A stretch of 64,000 nt of DNA from Octopus sinensis (Eukaryota), in NCBI RefSeq assembly GCF_006345805.1, contig NC_043004.1, positions 37,324,001 through 37,388,000 on the forward strand. The letters are read 5' to 3'. Position numbers and translations under genes: made by a program. Positions 38,200-51,329 of this stretch are shown here, piece by piece. Under the pieces are notes generated by a model, which saw only the letters and a program-made list of their open reading frames with translations, ran no database searches and had not been told where the DNA came from. The stretch's first letter is position 1. Every line of letters begins with the position of its first letter.

Positions 38200-38680
38200 G
38201 ATCAATTAAGCCGTTGGGAAGTAAGATTCTCTCAGATGTCCAGGTGGCTTAATTAGCAATGGGGACAGGTGTAGTAGCCAGAGTAAGAACAGGCTGGAAA
38301 ATTTCAGGAAGCTGACAGCAAATGGCTTCTTTGTGAAAGGAATGGCAGATTGTATGATGCTTGTGCAAAATATGAAGCAGCTTGACAAAAAGATGCAAGT
38401 GTTGAATGTTGATGACTTGTAAACACTAGAAAGAAATGAAAGAAGCATGTTTCCCTGGATGTCTCATGTTAGTGTTCATGAACAACAAAGTACAAATGAG
38501 TTGAGAGAAGAACTGTGCAGGAAAAACACATGCATTTGAAGGATGACAGCTACTTATGTCAAGCGCTCAAAGTGAATGGTATTTGTGGGGAAGAGAGACT
38601 AAGTAGGAGTTGGGACAAAGTGGAACAGAAGGATGACTGGTGATACACAGTGCCAGAGAAGACGTGACCACAATCCTCAT
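38200..38680 (+). mobile_element. Decayed RTE RT/C-terminal fragment
   Basis: SRVRTGWKISGS..KGMADCMML... similar to 7260-7796. Confidence 0.55.
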
Positions 38681-40173
38681 CCTCATTTGTTACTTCATAT
38701 TACTAAGTTTCGAGTCTGTCCACTGGTGATTCTAACCAGTTGATTATATGTCTGTTAATTCTATATCGTCTACTCACAACTTCAAATGGAATAAGAAACG
38801 CTATTTTGTACTTGACATCAGCAAAACATGGAGTTCCAATTGGATCAGAAGATTCCTGTCAGATTCCAATACATGCCTGTAGTACTCTCCCTCACCCACA
38901 CACTACCAAGTCCAGTGTGCTCTGAGATTTACACCCTACCCCCCACCCCCGCGCGCGCACACACACACACTCTCTTTTTTACATCAACCTACTTGTCACC
39001 TCTAGCAATGTGCATTCCTATGCACATTTTACTTCACTTCACACTAAATTTCCACAAGCAAATGTTATGTACATGCAGCCTTGATCCCTCGTCTCAAACA
39101 TGGAGTTAGGTCCTTGAAGAGAAGCTCCAAAAATATTTCCCTGTAGGACTGTATCCATGTTTCCTTCAACACCACAAAGACAATCAATCATTGCATGTCC
39201 ATTTCATCATGCTAACCTGTGTTGGACAAGTCTTCTCTTGTAGTGTCTTGCACCATTACAACTGATTCCTTTTACACACAAAATTTCCTCTCAGTTTTGT
39301 GTATTCTGTGTAGACCAGAATAATTAACATGTCTGTCTGCAAACTCTTGATCTGTCTGTCTGCCTAAAACTGCCCTCTTATATTGCTGGACCTCAGTCCA
39401 CTAGCCGTAGCTTTACACTTTTCTTTATCCTTCCAAATAATGATGCTTGAGTAAGAATGGTTTGCATCAAATCTTTTGATATTCAAAGCATGCTGTCCCC
39501 TGTTTCCCATCATCACTCCTCTTCTATTACAAGTTTGACTCTTCATCACCCATACTCTCCTTAATATTTCTATACTACTAGCTGCCATTCCTTTGACCTC
39601 AGGTATTTCATTACTGACATCCATCACACTCTTTTTACCTACAAGCATGTAGTTGCCATTTATTCTGTACCATTTCTGTCTTTCCCATTTCTCCCAAAGT
39701 CTACACCCCGCCATACTCTCTCTTTTTTTTTTTTCTCCCTCATTCTAATTTGTATTGCACAATCACCCTCTTTTCTACCCATTTTATGGGTTACTGAGTT
39801 CTGAACAAATGGAGTCCTCGTAGAGTAGAGGAGATTCTGGTAGAAGTGTTGTTGGTTCTTTGATAAAATGCATCCAATACAAAGTAGTTGACAAACGAGC
39901 AGGGACCTCATAAGGTCAATGGAGCCTTGGTCTTGTTTTGTCAAGGACATTATAACTTTTCTTGTGCAAGTGCCACAAGAACAATGTAGTCAGTCTACTT
40001 TGGAGCATATTGGCTTGAACAGTGATGACTCATGGAAAGGGAACATATGATGATGTGAATTAAATTGGCATGAAGAAATGAGAATTGAATTTATACTGTT
40101 AGATAATATTTAATTTAATTCCAAAAAGCTTTTATATATTTTTTTTTTCTTTTTACTATTCTTTTTCTCCTAG

Positions 40174-40323
40174 AACAAAAGCTTCAATTGTCCAACGAAA
40201 AGATTTCAACCAACTTCTGCAGACAATGGGAGGAAACATGAGCAACTTGCGGCAAGAATTATTTGACTACAACACTTTTACAGTTGCTGTTCAGGACCCA
40301 GAAATCAAGCCTCAGTACTTCAG
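40174..40323 (+). CDS. INTS6: INTS6 exon 13
   Basis: tag|TKASIVQRKDFNQLLQTMGG...VQDPEIKPQYF(R)|gtattc; phases fit both neighbours. Confidence 0.93.
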
Positions 40324-41195
40324 GTATTCATATTTTAGCAGGTTCTTCTTCCTCCCCTTTCACATTTCCACCATGGAAATATGGAATACTTTTCTAATTA
40401 TTTTATTAATTTAATTTTAACATTTAATATCTACTCTTCCATGTTGAAATGTCTATAGATTTGCTCTCCTTTTTGTCTTTGTTTCAATTCTGTTTGTGCT
40501 AAATGTCCATTTGCTTGCATTTCTTCCTACTCAGTTTTATTTTCACCACTACTGACATCAGAAATACTAATATCTGTCTTAAGCCACAGTAAAATTGGAT
40601 TATTTTCTATCTATATTTTCAATATCCTTCAAAGATAAAAAGCTTTAAATTCACAAAGCCAAGTTCTGTATTGGTGGTTCAGGGGGAAGGAATATTTAAA
40701 CTTTCTAAAATTACATGCCAAAAGTTACCAGTGATTGTAAAATGGTTTTTATTTGATCATTAGAAATTTCCATGGCACCACAGGGTATTTTGCATGAATT
40801 ATCTCCTTACCAGTTTGCATGAATAACCTTGTTATCAAAGCACAGCAACTTTTTAGTTGCCATCTCTCCTGGTTAGGGGCTTAAAGAGTTAATTAATATT
40901 TGTTTTCCTGTGAAATATGAAATACTGAATTGGAATAAAATGGTTTTGGAGCATATGTATTAATCTTTAAAATAAGTGGTAAATGGAATTATTTCTAAAA
41001 CAATGTCTCGTATATCTTTTTAATTTTTATGGAAATTTCCAAAGTTTATCTTTTGCATAAAACAAATCTTGGTCTTCACTTTCTTAAAAAAAATTGAATG
41101 TTTCAAGCACATACATTGTTTAAAGAAAAGCATGCATAAACAAAGACATGTCATTTCACTTATGCATAAATCATTTTAAAATAAATACATTTCAG

Positions 41196-41299
41196 AAATC
41201 CATTTGATATTCCCAGAAAGAATTTATTAGATCAGATTTCAAGAATGAGAACTAACTTTTTACAAGTTTCCCCACAGAACTCTAAACTTATTGATGATG
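41196..41299 (+). CDS. INTS6: INTS6 exon 14
   Basis: cag|NPFDIPRKNLLDQISRMRTNFLQVSPQNSKLIDD|gtaagt. Confidence 0.96.
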
Positions 41300-42669
41300 G
41301 TAAGTTCTTAACTGCTTTTACTACATATCAATGTTGATTATCAGTCAATATTCATGTTCTCCACAGTACCACTCAAATATCTGGATGGTACTGCTGCTAC
41401 TATGCACGTACGCATGCACACACACACACACATTCATAACTGTGGTTTACGAAAAAAGCCATCCAAATTTCCATGATATACCAATCATCTTGTACTTGTC
41501 CCTACTAGTTTTCATTTGACAAACCTATATCACTGTATCACCGAAGCTTACTTCATACATAAACCAACCGACTGGTTTGCCTTCAGTCTGATCTTTGAGG
41601 GAAAGCTGGAGGCCTATGGCTGAGATGTTGAAAAGAATCACTGTGCTAGATAATTATGCAATGCAGGATGGTCTTATCTGCAATGACTGTTGTAGCACTA
41701 TTATAAACAAAAACAAGTGCTGTTTTGTTAGCAGAGGAAGGCATGCAAAGAAATACAGTTTGGATGTTTAGTGTCGCAGATAACATGAAATGTCGTCTCA
41801 AATTTGCTATCCTGATGTACACCATTATGAAAAAATGATTCTATGAGGTTGTTATTGTCTTTGTCCTTCATATTTTTAATTATTTAGTCCAAACAATAGA
41901 AACAATTGCCACTATCTTTGTCGCCCCGACCTCGTTAACGCAGTCAACGGGATGACATTTAGTAGAGAGAGGCTGGAGAAGTTGAAGAGTTTTGGTCATT
42001 GGGAGGCAGGATTAGCATTAGTGTTTCAAACAGGATTTGAACACCAAGGCAGGAAGATAACAAAGCAATGGCCAGGCAGGGTCATTGGGTGCATTTAGTG
42101 TACATAATACATAATATTTTGCCACTTAGCCCAAGGTCAGATCTATGGTCAAGACATCCTATCTGTGATCAGCTCATCTTTTTTTTAAACACAGAATCTA
42201 GGACTATATTATCTAGTGCTGTTTGAGGTATATTTGGCTGCTGTTGCATCAAGTCAAGCAACTGCATAGAGGCTGCTTCATTGTGTTTCATTTTTAGAGT
42301 TGTTCAGACACTTATCTCCCATTATGAAGTGGGACAACAGCAGGTTTCTTGCTTTCTTTCTTTAGATGCAATCTAGAATGTTTGTTTATAGCAGTTCTAC
42401 AGTATTGTCTCCTTTACTGCAGCTGTATTATTGCTAATGTGGTTTCACATATTTACTTCATAGAGGGTCAGCAACTGCTCAAACCCAAAGCAACTTCAAG
42501 AACTGAAGAAACCGCTAAATGTTTGCAGTGCAGTCACCATGAAAGGTCATTAGGGATTGTGTGGCATGTTTGAAGTGTAGTGAAAGAAGCAAGATGACCA
42601 GTTTCATAAAATTAATAATGCATGCTTAATGAGAGGTGTTTAGTTCATGTGTAGATGGTGCTGAGTGGA

Positions 42670-43040
42670 GGCGCAATGGCCCAGTGGTTAGGGCAGCGGA
42701 CTCGCGGTCATAGGATCGCAGTTTCGATTCCCAGACCGGGCGTTGTGAGTGTTTATTGAGCGAAAACACCTAAAGCTCCACAAGGCTCCGGCAGGAGATG
42801 GTGGTGATCCCTGCTGTACTCTTTCACCACAACTTTCTCTCACTCTTACTTCCTGTTTCTGTTGTACCTGTATTTCAAAGGGCCGGCCTTGTCACACTCG
42901 GTGTCACGCTGAATATCCCCGAGAACTACGTTAAGGGTACATGTGTCTGTGGAGTGCTCAGCCACTTACACGTTAATTTCATGAGCAGGCTGTTCCGTTG
43001 ATTCGGATCAACCAGAACCCTCGTCGTCGTAACCGACAGT
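42670..43040 (+). mobile_element. Near full-length tRNA-derived SINE
   Basis: Head GGCGCAATGGCCCAGTGGTTAGGG (A box), GTTTCGATTCCC (B box), non-tRNA body, CCATT-type tail. Confidence 0.85.
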
Positions 43041-43610
43041 GCTTCCATTCCATTCAGATGGTGCTGGTTCACTAAGTAAAGTTTATTGTAGGAAATCTAC
43101 TTTGGTTGTAAAAAGTAAACAGATGGATTATAGCGAATCATTTAGGATTGTCTCTGTCTGCCCACTTGCTGCTCATTTGAAATATTAAGAGTTTCAAGCT
43201 GCAGCTCTGTGGTTAATAGTTGTAAAAGTTACAATTCTTGGGCATGTCAGCCATTGTTTCACATTTCTATATATTGGGATGGATGTCCATACAGACAAAA
43301 AAAACTGTTGACTTTGGTGTGCAAAGGAGTCTTGTCAGGAATACATTTTGTGAGAAAACCGTGTTGACTGATTATTGTGCTTAACTGAAATCATTGTAGA
43401 GGTTTATGCATCTGTTTTCTCTGTTTCGTGACAGACATGCCTGCTTAAGAAGATATGTTTCAGGATCCTGGAATTGCTTCTCTTAAGAATTCCTTTCACA
43501 ATAACTGCTCTGGATACAGAAGTCTTTAGAACTTGCTCAAAGTATATTTGTGAAAGTTGCTCTGTCTTATCCTGTTCTTAATGTTTTAAGAGTTGAAATA
43601 TATTCAAGAT

Positions 43611-43865
43611 CATCATCATCATTTAACGTCCGCTTTCCATGCTGGCATGGGTTGGACGATTTGACTGAGGACTGGCGAACCAGATAGCTGCACTAGGCTC
43701 CAACCTGACCTGGCAGAGTTTCTACAGCTGGATGCCCTTCCTAACGCCAACCACTCCGAGAGTGTAGTGGATGCTTTTACACACCACCGGCATGAGGGCC
43801 AGTCAGGCGGTACTGTCGACAGCTATACTCAAATGGTGTTTTTTATGTGCCACCTGCACAGGATG
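43611..43865 (-). mobile_element. RTE 3'UTR/tail copy
   Basis: (CAT)n TTAACGTCCGCTTTCCATGCTGGCATGGG...CTGGATGCCCTTCCT. Confidence 0.85.
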
Positions 43866-44639
43866 CCTCTGTTGTAGCATTACTCTAAGCAGCACCTCAG
43901 ATCATTTAGGATTAGTCTTAAAACTTAAGCTTGACCATTTAAGTATAGACCTATACTATACTTAGTTCTATGCACACATTGCTTATTGAGTATAATGAGT
44001 GTTTGGGTTGAAGAACAACTATTTGTAAATCGTTTCTTTATATCTGCTGGAAATGCTATGTGATGCTGAGGTAAACGAGTTCATCCTCAAAGAGTTCAAC
44101 TGTATTTTCCTCCAAAGCACCTGAATACAATGATCTGTTAATTCTGCTAATGCAGCTCTTAATTGCTAAAACGAATGATCTGGTTAGGTTTATGATGAAA
44201 ACTTAGGATGGTGGACCTTTTGATTTTTCAAGAACTTGAAGAAGTCTTGTTAATAGCTTTATGTAGATGGCATTGCTCTCTAGTCAAAGTAAAACCGAGT
44301 GCATATTGTATTGAACTACCAATTCCTTGCAGGGATTTTCTTTGTATAGCTCTGTGAAGGTGGGGATATCTAGCAAATCTTGGATCCATATTCTATTGCA
44401 GTGGAGAGTAAGCTAAGTGTATCCAGCTGTGGAAACCATACCAAAGCTAACATTAGGGTTTAACATGGCCCTGTGGCTCACCAGTTCCTCTCAAACCATC
44501 TAACCCATGCCACCATAGTAAACAGACTTAAAATAATGATGATATTGTTGTACATTAGAATATATCTCCATTAGTAATTTTTTTTTTTTTAAATTGCCAA
44601 ATTTATATTGAGTTTTCATTCACTTCCTTTTAATTACAG

Positions 44640-44776
44640 ACTACATTCATAGCATTCCAGTTCAACAAATGGGTAATTATCAAGAATATCTCAAGAAGAT
44701 GCCTGCCACATTAAGAGAAATTGAGACACAGCCAGTCAGATTGCATATGTTTGGAAATCCATTTAAAGTAAACAAA
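44640..44776 (+). CDS. INTS6: INTS6 exon 15
   Basis: cag|YIHSIPVQQMGNYQEYLKKMPATLREIETQPVRLHMFGNPFKVNK|gtaagt. Confidence 0.97.
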
Positions 44777-45404
44777 GTAAGTTATTTTGGTAATGAAATT
44801 TTTGAAAACATTTGATTTCCATTGAATGGCTACCTGTTGTAGGTAGTGTATATTTAATTAACAAAAGTATATTTTATTACTAGTAGAATTGCAGTACAAA
44901 AGCTAGTTACTGTAAATTTTGGACCCCTCTACTACATAAATATATTTGTTAATATGAACCAAAGGCTTGATAAGTTACAGGTGTTACATCTTGGAGCTTC
45001 TAAACCATTGGTATATGATACTGCATTATATATCAAGGTAAGATTAACATACCTGTCTGATTTCAAATTCCAATTCTATTGAGTTAAGAAAGCAATGGGA
45101 AATCCTTCCCTGTTACCTCCAACTATTAATCGGCACTTTGAATTAAACCATCTTGATGTCAGACAGCTATAACAAATAGACTGACATGTGAAAATGTTTT
45201 GAGCTTGGTGCAGCTCTCCAGCTTACCATTTCCAGTCAAACCATCTAACCCATACCAGCATGGAAAACAGATGCTAAATGATGATGATGGTGGTGGTGGT
45301 GATGATGGCAGCAACACTATTACAATTAATGTAATACTTAGGATAGGCCAAATCTGCAGTGTTGTACAAAAGGCCTTGCAGGGTTTACTTATATATCTTC
45401 ACGC

Positions 45405-45742
45405 CAGCGCTGCCTCGACTGGCTTCCGTGTCGGTGGCACGTAAAAAGCACCATCCGAATCGTGGCCGAAGCCAGTGCCGCCTCGACTGGCTTCCGTGCA
45501 GGTGGCACGTAAAATGCACCAATCCGACCGTGGCCAATGCCAGCCTCGCCTGGCACCAGTGCAGGTGGCACGTAAAAGGCACCCACTACACTCACGGAGT
45601 GGTTGGCGTTAGGAAGGGCATCCAGCTGTAGAAACATTGCCAGATAAGACCGGAGCTTGGTGCAGCCTTCTGGCTTCCCAGATCCCCGGTCGAACCGTCC
45701 AACCCATGCTAGCATGGAGAACGGACGTTAAACGATGATGAT
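45405..45742 (+). mobile_element. RTE 3'UTR/tail copy with three repeat units
   Basis: GTGGCACGTAAAA units followed by AGGAAGGGCATCCAGCTG...GGACGTTAAAC(GAT)n. Confidence 0.88.
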
Positions 45743-45937
45743 TCTGAATTCAAATTCCTCTGAGGTCAGCTTTGCCTTTCATCTTTTCAGGGTTGATAAA
45801 ATACTTACCAGTATAGAACTGGTTCAATTTGATCAACTGTATTCTTCTGCCACTGCCATCCACCACAGTAAAGATTATGATCTTGTGCTTGTTTGTTAGA
45901 AATAAATATTCAGGTTTACGGTTTATTCTCGTTTTAG

Positions 45938-46046
45938 AATATTATGATTGATGAAGCTGATGAAGCTGTCTTCGGACAACAGTCTCGTAGCAAGAAAACT
46001 TCCCAAGACACACTTGTTAATTCACTACCAAGAAAAAGAAAACCAG
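45938..46046 (+). CDS. INTS6: INTS6 exon 16 (GC donor)
   Basis: tag|NIMIDEADEAVFGQQSRSKKTSQDTLVNSLPRKRKP(G)|gcaagt. Confidence 0.9.
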
Positions 46047-46522
46047 GCAAGTATATCTCTGTTATATCCTATAAAATGGTTGAACCTAGCTTTCTCGTTA
46101 AACTATTTTAATTTAAAATACAAAAGCAAATTCATGAAAGTGATTGATTACTTGTTATTACTGACCCCAGCCTCGTTATCTTCCAAAAGGCTGTGTTGAG
46201 ACAATAACTGCTGATTTTTGAAGTAGTAAAGTGTAAAGATGATATTGGGATATCTGTGTTGTGTGTGTGAAGTTTGCAATGTATTTTAAAGTATTGAATA
46301 GTAATGCTTTTTTGAGTTTTTTTTTCTTGTATACAGAAATTTTTCGTAAATGTTTGAATTTAATTAATGCAAATATTATTAATGCTGAAAATAGATTTGT
46401 ACAAGTATCCTTTTGAATGATTGAGATTTAATCAATGAAATGTTTTTGTTGAATAATTTTTTCTGTTAATTTACTTTCTGTTGTATTTTTGTCTTTAAAA
46501 AAAAAACTTTTTTTTTCCATAG

Positions 46523-46651
46523 GTCCTTTACCAAGAGATCTTCCCATCAAACGGCCAGCATCGCCTTCAATTATGACAGAAGCTGCTGCTGTCTCCCCAC
46601 CGCCTGTTTGTCCAAAGACTGAAAATAATGTGAAAGTTGAAAATTCTTCTG
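46523..46651 (+). CDS. INTS6: INTS6 exon 17
   Basis: tag|PLPRDLPIKRPASPSIMTEAAAVSPPPVCPKTENNVKVENSS|gtaaat; open frame and phases fit, sequence weakly conserved. Confidence 0.87.
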
Positions 46652-46754
46652 GTAAATGTTTTATTCTAATAAATTGATTATCCTTAAAATGTAATTTGTC
46701 ATTTCTATTTAAGTGAATGGTAGATTAATATAATAGTTTTTGCTTCGTTTGCAG

Positions 46755-47018
46755 AGGATACATCACTCCCTAATCCTTGGGTTAATTTACAAGAAGAAAT
46801 GCCAATGGATACAAACCATGTTAATGAACTCTCTGTCAGTCCATATCAACTTGATCAGTCAAGTCAAATAGAATCTTTAAAAACTGATATAGAAGTTCAA
46901 TGCTCAGAATTTACAAACTTAAATAACAATCCAAATCATAAATTGGAATCTATTCATTGGAACCATAATGCAAAATTGAGAATTATTTTATACAAGGAAC
47001 TGAGAAAGCCTGGTAAAA
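46755..47018 (+). CDS. INTS6: INTS6 exon 18
   Basis: cag|DTSLPNPW...HNAKLRIILYKELRKPGK|gtaagt; ends in the conserved KExRKPG motif. Confidence 0.92.
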
Positions 47019-48030
47019 GTAAGTATAATAATTTTCGCTTTGAGCAAAATGACTCCAGTTTTGGACAACAACATTTATTCAATCAATTCTCATAGAATTA
47101 ACTGCTCAACGGTTTTAGCCTCTTCATTGCCTAACATTTCTACTTATTTCATTTGTTAATGGCATGTATGTGGTGTAGAAATGAGCAAGCAATAAAAACT
47201 AGTTTTGTTCTTACCTTAACCATGGTGTCTTTGACACCAAGTCTCCAGGTTGTTTTTGCAGAAGCCAACGGCACTGCATTTTGTCATGAACAAGCAGAAT
47301 TACTGTAGCTCTACAGCCATGGAGAATTCATATCTGTCTTTGTTCGTGGGCTCCTACATGCAAACTGACTATTTCCAATAGAAAGACACTCCACCAATTT
47401 CCTGATGTCACTTCTATCTACCCACTCAACTTGAATTTTTACTTTCCCATCCACAAAGTTTTAGGTTTAGTCTCCTGAGCAAATATTTTCAACTGCAGCC
47501 TTGGGCTGACCAAATCCATTTACAAGGCTTTGATCAGCCTCAGGCTACACTGTTTATTTCAATCTCTCATTCGGATTCCAGTTACCCATTGCTTTCCTAC
47601 TCACCCCTTACTTATGCTGGTGGCACACATGTCAAATTGTTTACCATCTTCAGCTGTCTACATCAGTTAGTATCCTCACCTGCACATAAACTTAACAAAT
47701 GTTGATATCCTAAATAACTTTGATCCATTTATCACTTCCAAACCCAGCCATAATCAACTTTGCACCCATCAAATCATCTCAAAGTCTGTAACTACAAAGG
47801 ACTTCTGATTCCCCTTCCCTCAACTCTGGTATCTCAGTTCAGCCAAAAATTTAGAGCTCTCGCTTTTTAGTTGATTAGGAATTTAGTGCCACAAAAATGC
47901 TAAAATACCTAAGCAGGTAAACAAAACAATTCTACCCTAGGTCTACCAAATTCTTCAGTCTCCCCATTCACTCCTCCCTACAGTTTATAAGAAGAACCAA
48001 CAACATTCAACATCTCAAAACTGATAATAA

Positions 48031-48440
48031 TCATCATCATCATCACTTAACATCCGTTTTCCATGCTAGCATGGGTTGGATGGTTTGACAAAACTGGCAA
48101 GGCCAGGGGTGCACCAGGTTCCATATTCTGTTTTCACTAGGTTTCTACAGCTAGATGCCCTTCCTAAAACCAACCGCTTTACAGAGTGTGCTGGGTTTTT
48201 TTTATATGGCACCAGCACCAGTACCAGTGCTTTTTATGTAGCATCAGCACTCACATCAATGTTTTTTACATGGCACCTTGGCTTTAGGTTATCAATTCTG
48301 TTGTGGTGAGTGAGTCTTCTTGGTTACAGCAAAGTGCCACATATCTCAGTCTTCTGCCATCTCCTTCTTAAGGCTCAGCATTTTGAGATCAGCCTTCAAT
48401 ATTTCATCCCAGTGTCATTTCAGGTTACAAGGGGGGAAAA
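48031..48440 (-). mobile_element. RTE tail plus ORF-end fragment
   Basis: (CAT)n, CTAGATGCCCTTCCT, followed by a WDEILKADLKMLSL-like remnant. Confidence 0.7.
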
Positions 48441-50051
48441 TAGGGGTGTATTAGTGAAAAGAGAGGTACAATAATAGTGATGGTGGAGGGATTGAAAACG
48501 AGTCAAAAGTCACTTTTCGGTATACAAGTAGCTTGGTACCATGATGAATATGTGATTGAGTGATAAATGAAGAGATTATGGTAAGGGTGGTAGATGGAAA
48601 TTTAACAGTGAGCAACAGACCCAATTCATACATCCCAACCTCCATCAACTGTTTTGTTGTGCTTGCACTTGTGGCTTAGACATTTTAGTCTCCACCACTT
48701 TGTCCTGATTTTGTAAGTCTCCTTCCACTTGTTCCAACCACTTCAGGCACTCACTACTTCTTTATACAACTGATATTTTCCATCTATATCTCATGCCCAT
48801 ACCAACACATACTTACACACCACATCTGCTTCCTCTTATATCCAGCTTTCTTCTCAATACATTTGTGCTCCAGTATTACACATTCAACATATTTGCTTCG
48901 TTTCTTGCTCGCCATCTCAAACCTTCCACCATGTCTCATTGACATGCAGCAATTATACAATCTTCCCCATTACAGTGTCCATACTTGCAACTGAACCACC
49001 TTTCCCCTCACTTTATCACTTTCATTACTTGATCCGTTAATTTCAGTTTCACTTCCTAGTTAATCTTTTCCTTTCTTACAAAACACTGCTACACAGTTAT
49101 TGATGTTAACAGTTTCCTCACAAGTTGGAATGGTATGTCTTCCCATCGTGATATTTTCAACATTTCATCGAATATCTTTTTCTATCACTAAATGCTTTGG
49201 TCCGTGATGTCTGCTGCATTGTAATAGACTCTTCCAATCATATTCATTTTCGGAGCTCCTCATTGTGATAATTTCACAGCCTTTTCTTTGTACTATCACT
49301 GAGACTGAATGCATCTCAGATGCACTTCTCAAATTACATTGATTCCATCTCACTACTTCTGTCTGGTTTCATAAAATACTTTTTATTTAACATTTACTTT
49401 CCTTCCTTCACCAAACCTTCTTAGAACTGTTGACTGCTGGCATATATCACTAATACTGTTACTCATTTTCCAGCTGTGATTTTAGTCCAACTAAAGAACT
49501 GGTCAATAGCTATGATAAATTTTCTAGAATTTGTATTTGGAAGTAAGTTCCACAATGGCATAAGTATGTTTGATGATGAATTCATTTACACCCCAGAACT
49601 CTAGGACCCTCATGTCATTCTCATTCCTTTGTCTATAGATTTGGTCTCCCTTTGTACCTGATATTTCCTGACATTGTAGAATTTTGCATCTAGCATTGCT
49701 GTTTCTTTTCTTTAAACATAACTTTTCCTGTGAAGCCCTTAACTTTTCTGTAAATATGATCTTATTTAGAAGTACTGTGTAACATGCTTGCCAAGTGTGG
49801 ATTACTTAACTATTAAGCACATCGAGCCTTTTTATAAAATGTTGAAGCCTGTTCTGTGCCAACAGGAAACTAAAGATTGTTTAGTGAATTCATCGGCTGT
49901 GTACTATCCATTTCAATGCAGTTATACACATTGTAGACAGTTCTGGAGGTCTTCAGTCAAAGATGATGTACAAGCCAAATAGGAAATGCCTTTTGCCTTA
50001 ACATTTTCTATTTGCTTTTTGTATATTTATTTTTGTTTTAATATTTTGCAG

Positions 50052-50266
50052 ATTATGATAAATTTTTCCAGTATTTGAATTCTATGAAGGGTACACTGAA
50101 TATGAAAGTAAAATTTATCAAAGATCTAGTTGGAGAGGCAGCGCGGTTTAAAAAGAGGCGGTTGATCCAACATTTGGAAAAATTTGAATTGTCAATGACA
50201 GAGTGTGAGACTAAATGCAGTCGGAAATTTCAAGTTCGAACAAATGATGTTCATTCTCTATGTTGA
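50052..50266 (+). CDS. INTS6: INTS6 exon 19 (last coding exon, TGA stop)
   Basis: cag|YDKFFQYLNSMKGTLNMKVKFIKDLVGEAARFKKRRLIQHLEKF...SLC*; matches the INTS6 C-terminal domain (EASRFKKRMLIEQLE). Confidence 0.96.
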
Positions 50267-50339
50267 TATCATTGCAAACTAGGATTATTATCATCATCAT
50301 TATTATAATTTCATATTTATATAACATATTTCCTTTTAT

Positions 50340-50345
50340 AATAAA
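50340..50345 (+). terminator. Candidate polyadenylation signal for INTS6
   Basis: AATAAA 73 nt after the stop codon; the context is AT-rich, so it could be chance. Confidence 0.35.
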
Positions 50346-50673
50346 GAAATTTGCTGCACATACAAGATCAGTTCTTCTCTGTTCTTAACTTACTAAACTT
50401 TGTTTCCAGAAATTGTGATAAAGAAATGGTATCAAAATTTATTTCTATAATGAAAAAAATTCTATGTATTTTTGTGTTTATTTTATTATTACTGTTCTTT
50501 GACTTTGAAGAGGGTTTAGTAATCTATTAAACCTAACCTCCTTTCTCTTTTAGCTTCTTGATTTTCATGTTCACCTTGGGAGTGTTATGAAGCCTCTTCA
50601 TTTACTTTTGTTCTGAAAACACATTAGTATGTACATGTGTGTGTGTATATATATATATATATATACATACATA

Positions 50674-51230
50674 CAGTGGTTGAACAAAATAATGGAAACA
50701 CTTTGAAATTTCAAACAAATTTATTTTGATATGGAGTAGGACTGCCTTTGGCAGTAATTACAGCTTGAATTCTATAAGGTATGCACCCATACAAAGTTTG
50801 AATTGTTTCCAAAGGAATTTTTGTCCATTCTTCAGCTAAAACAGTCTCTAGTTCTTGTAGTGATGATGGTGGAGGATATTGACTCTTTGTTTTTTCCAAA
50901 ACGCACCATAAATATTCAATAATATTGAGATCTGGGGACTGTGGTGGCCTGATAAGATGTTTAACTTCACTAGAATGTTCCTCATGCCATTCAATAACTC
51001 TAGCTGTGTGAATTGGTGCATTATCATCCTGAAAGATTGCTTTTCTCTCTGAAAACAGTTCCACAACCGTAGACTGAACTTGAACAGATAAAATGCTTAA
51101 ATAGTCTTGACTATTAATTCTGCCATGATGGGAAACCATTGGGCTGGCGGATTTCCAAAATATAGCCCCCCAGATCATCACAGATCCTCCAACATGTTTT
51201 GCATGTGAAATGAAACAGTTGTAGGTGAAT
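50674..51230 (-). mobile_element. Truncated Tc1-family transposon (transposase C-terminus + one TIR)
   Basis: VMIWGAI...FQDDNAPIHT...PPQSPDLNIIEYLW in ORF 50711-51307; terminus TA|CAGTGGTTGAACAAAATAATGGAAACAC beside a TA/TACA microsatellite. Confidence 0.88.
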
Positions 51231-51329
51231 ATGTTAATTAATTTGTATCCATTAAATCTGTTTTCTAACTCAATAATAATGCTTGATATTTTATATAATA
51301 TATTCACTGAAGAAATATCTCTTCAAAAT

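Noticed and set aside
42366-42573. Possible extra INTS6 exon in intron 14 (strong polypyrimidine acceptor, 74-aa ORF)
   Set aside because: Gives an immediate stop or incompatible phase and shows no INTS6 similarity; exons 14 and 15 already join in frame. Only RNA-seq could support a poison exon
42670-42745. tRNA gene
   Set aside because: A/B boxes are present but there is no acceptor-stem closure and it runs into a repeat body; it is a SINE head
45420-45580. CRISPR-like repeat/spacer pattern
   Set aside because: Units are RTE 3'UTR tandem repeats without unique spacers, in a eukaryotic intron with no cas genes
47013-47018. Alternative in-frame donor G|GTAAAA 6 nt upstream in exon 18
   Set aside because: Weaker than A|GTAAGT and would remove the conserved GK of RKPGK
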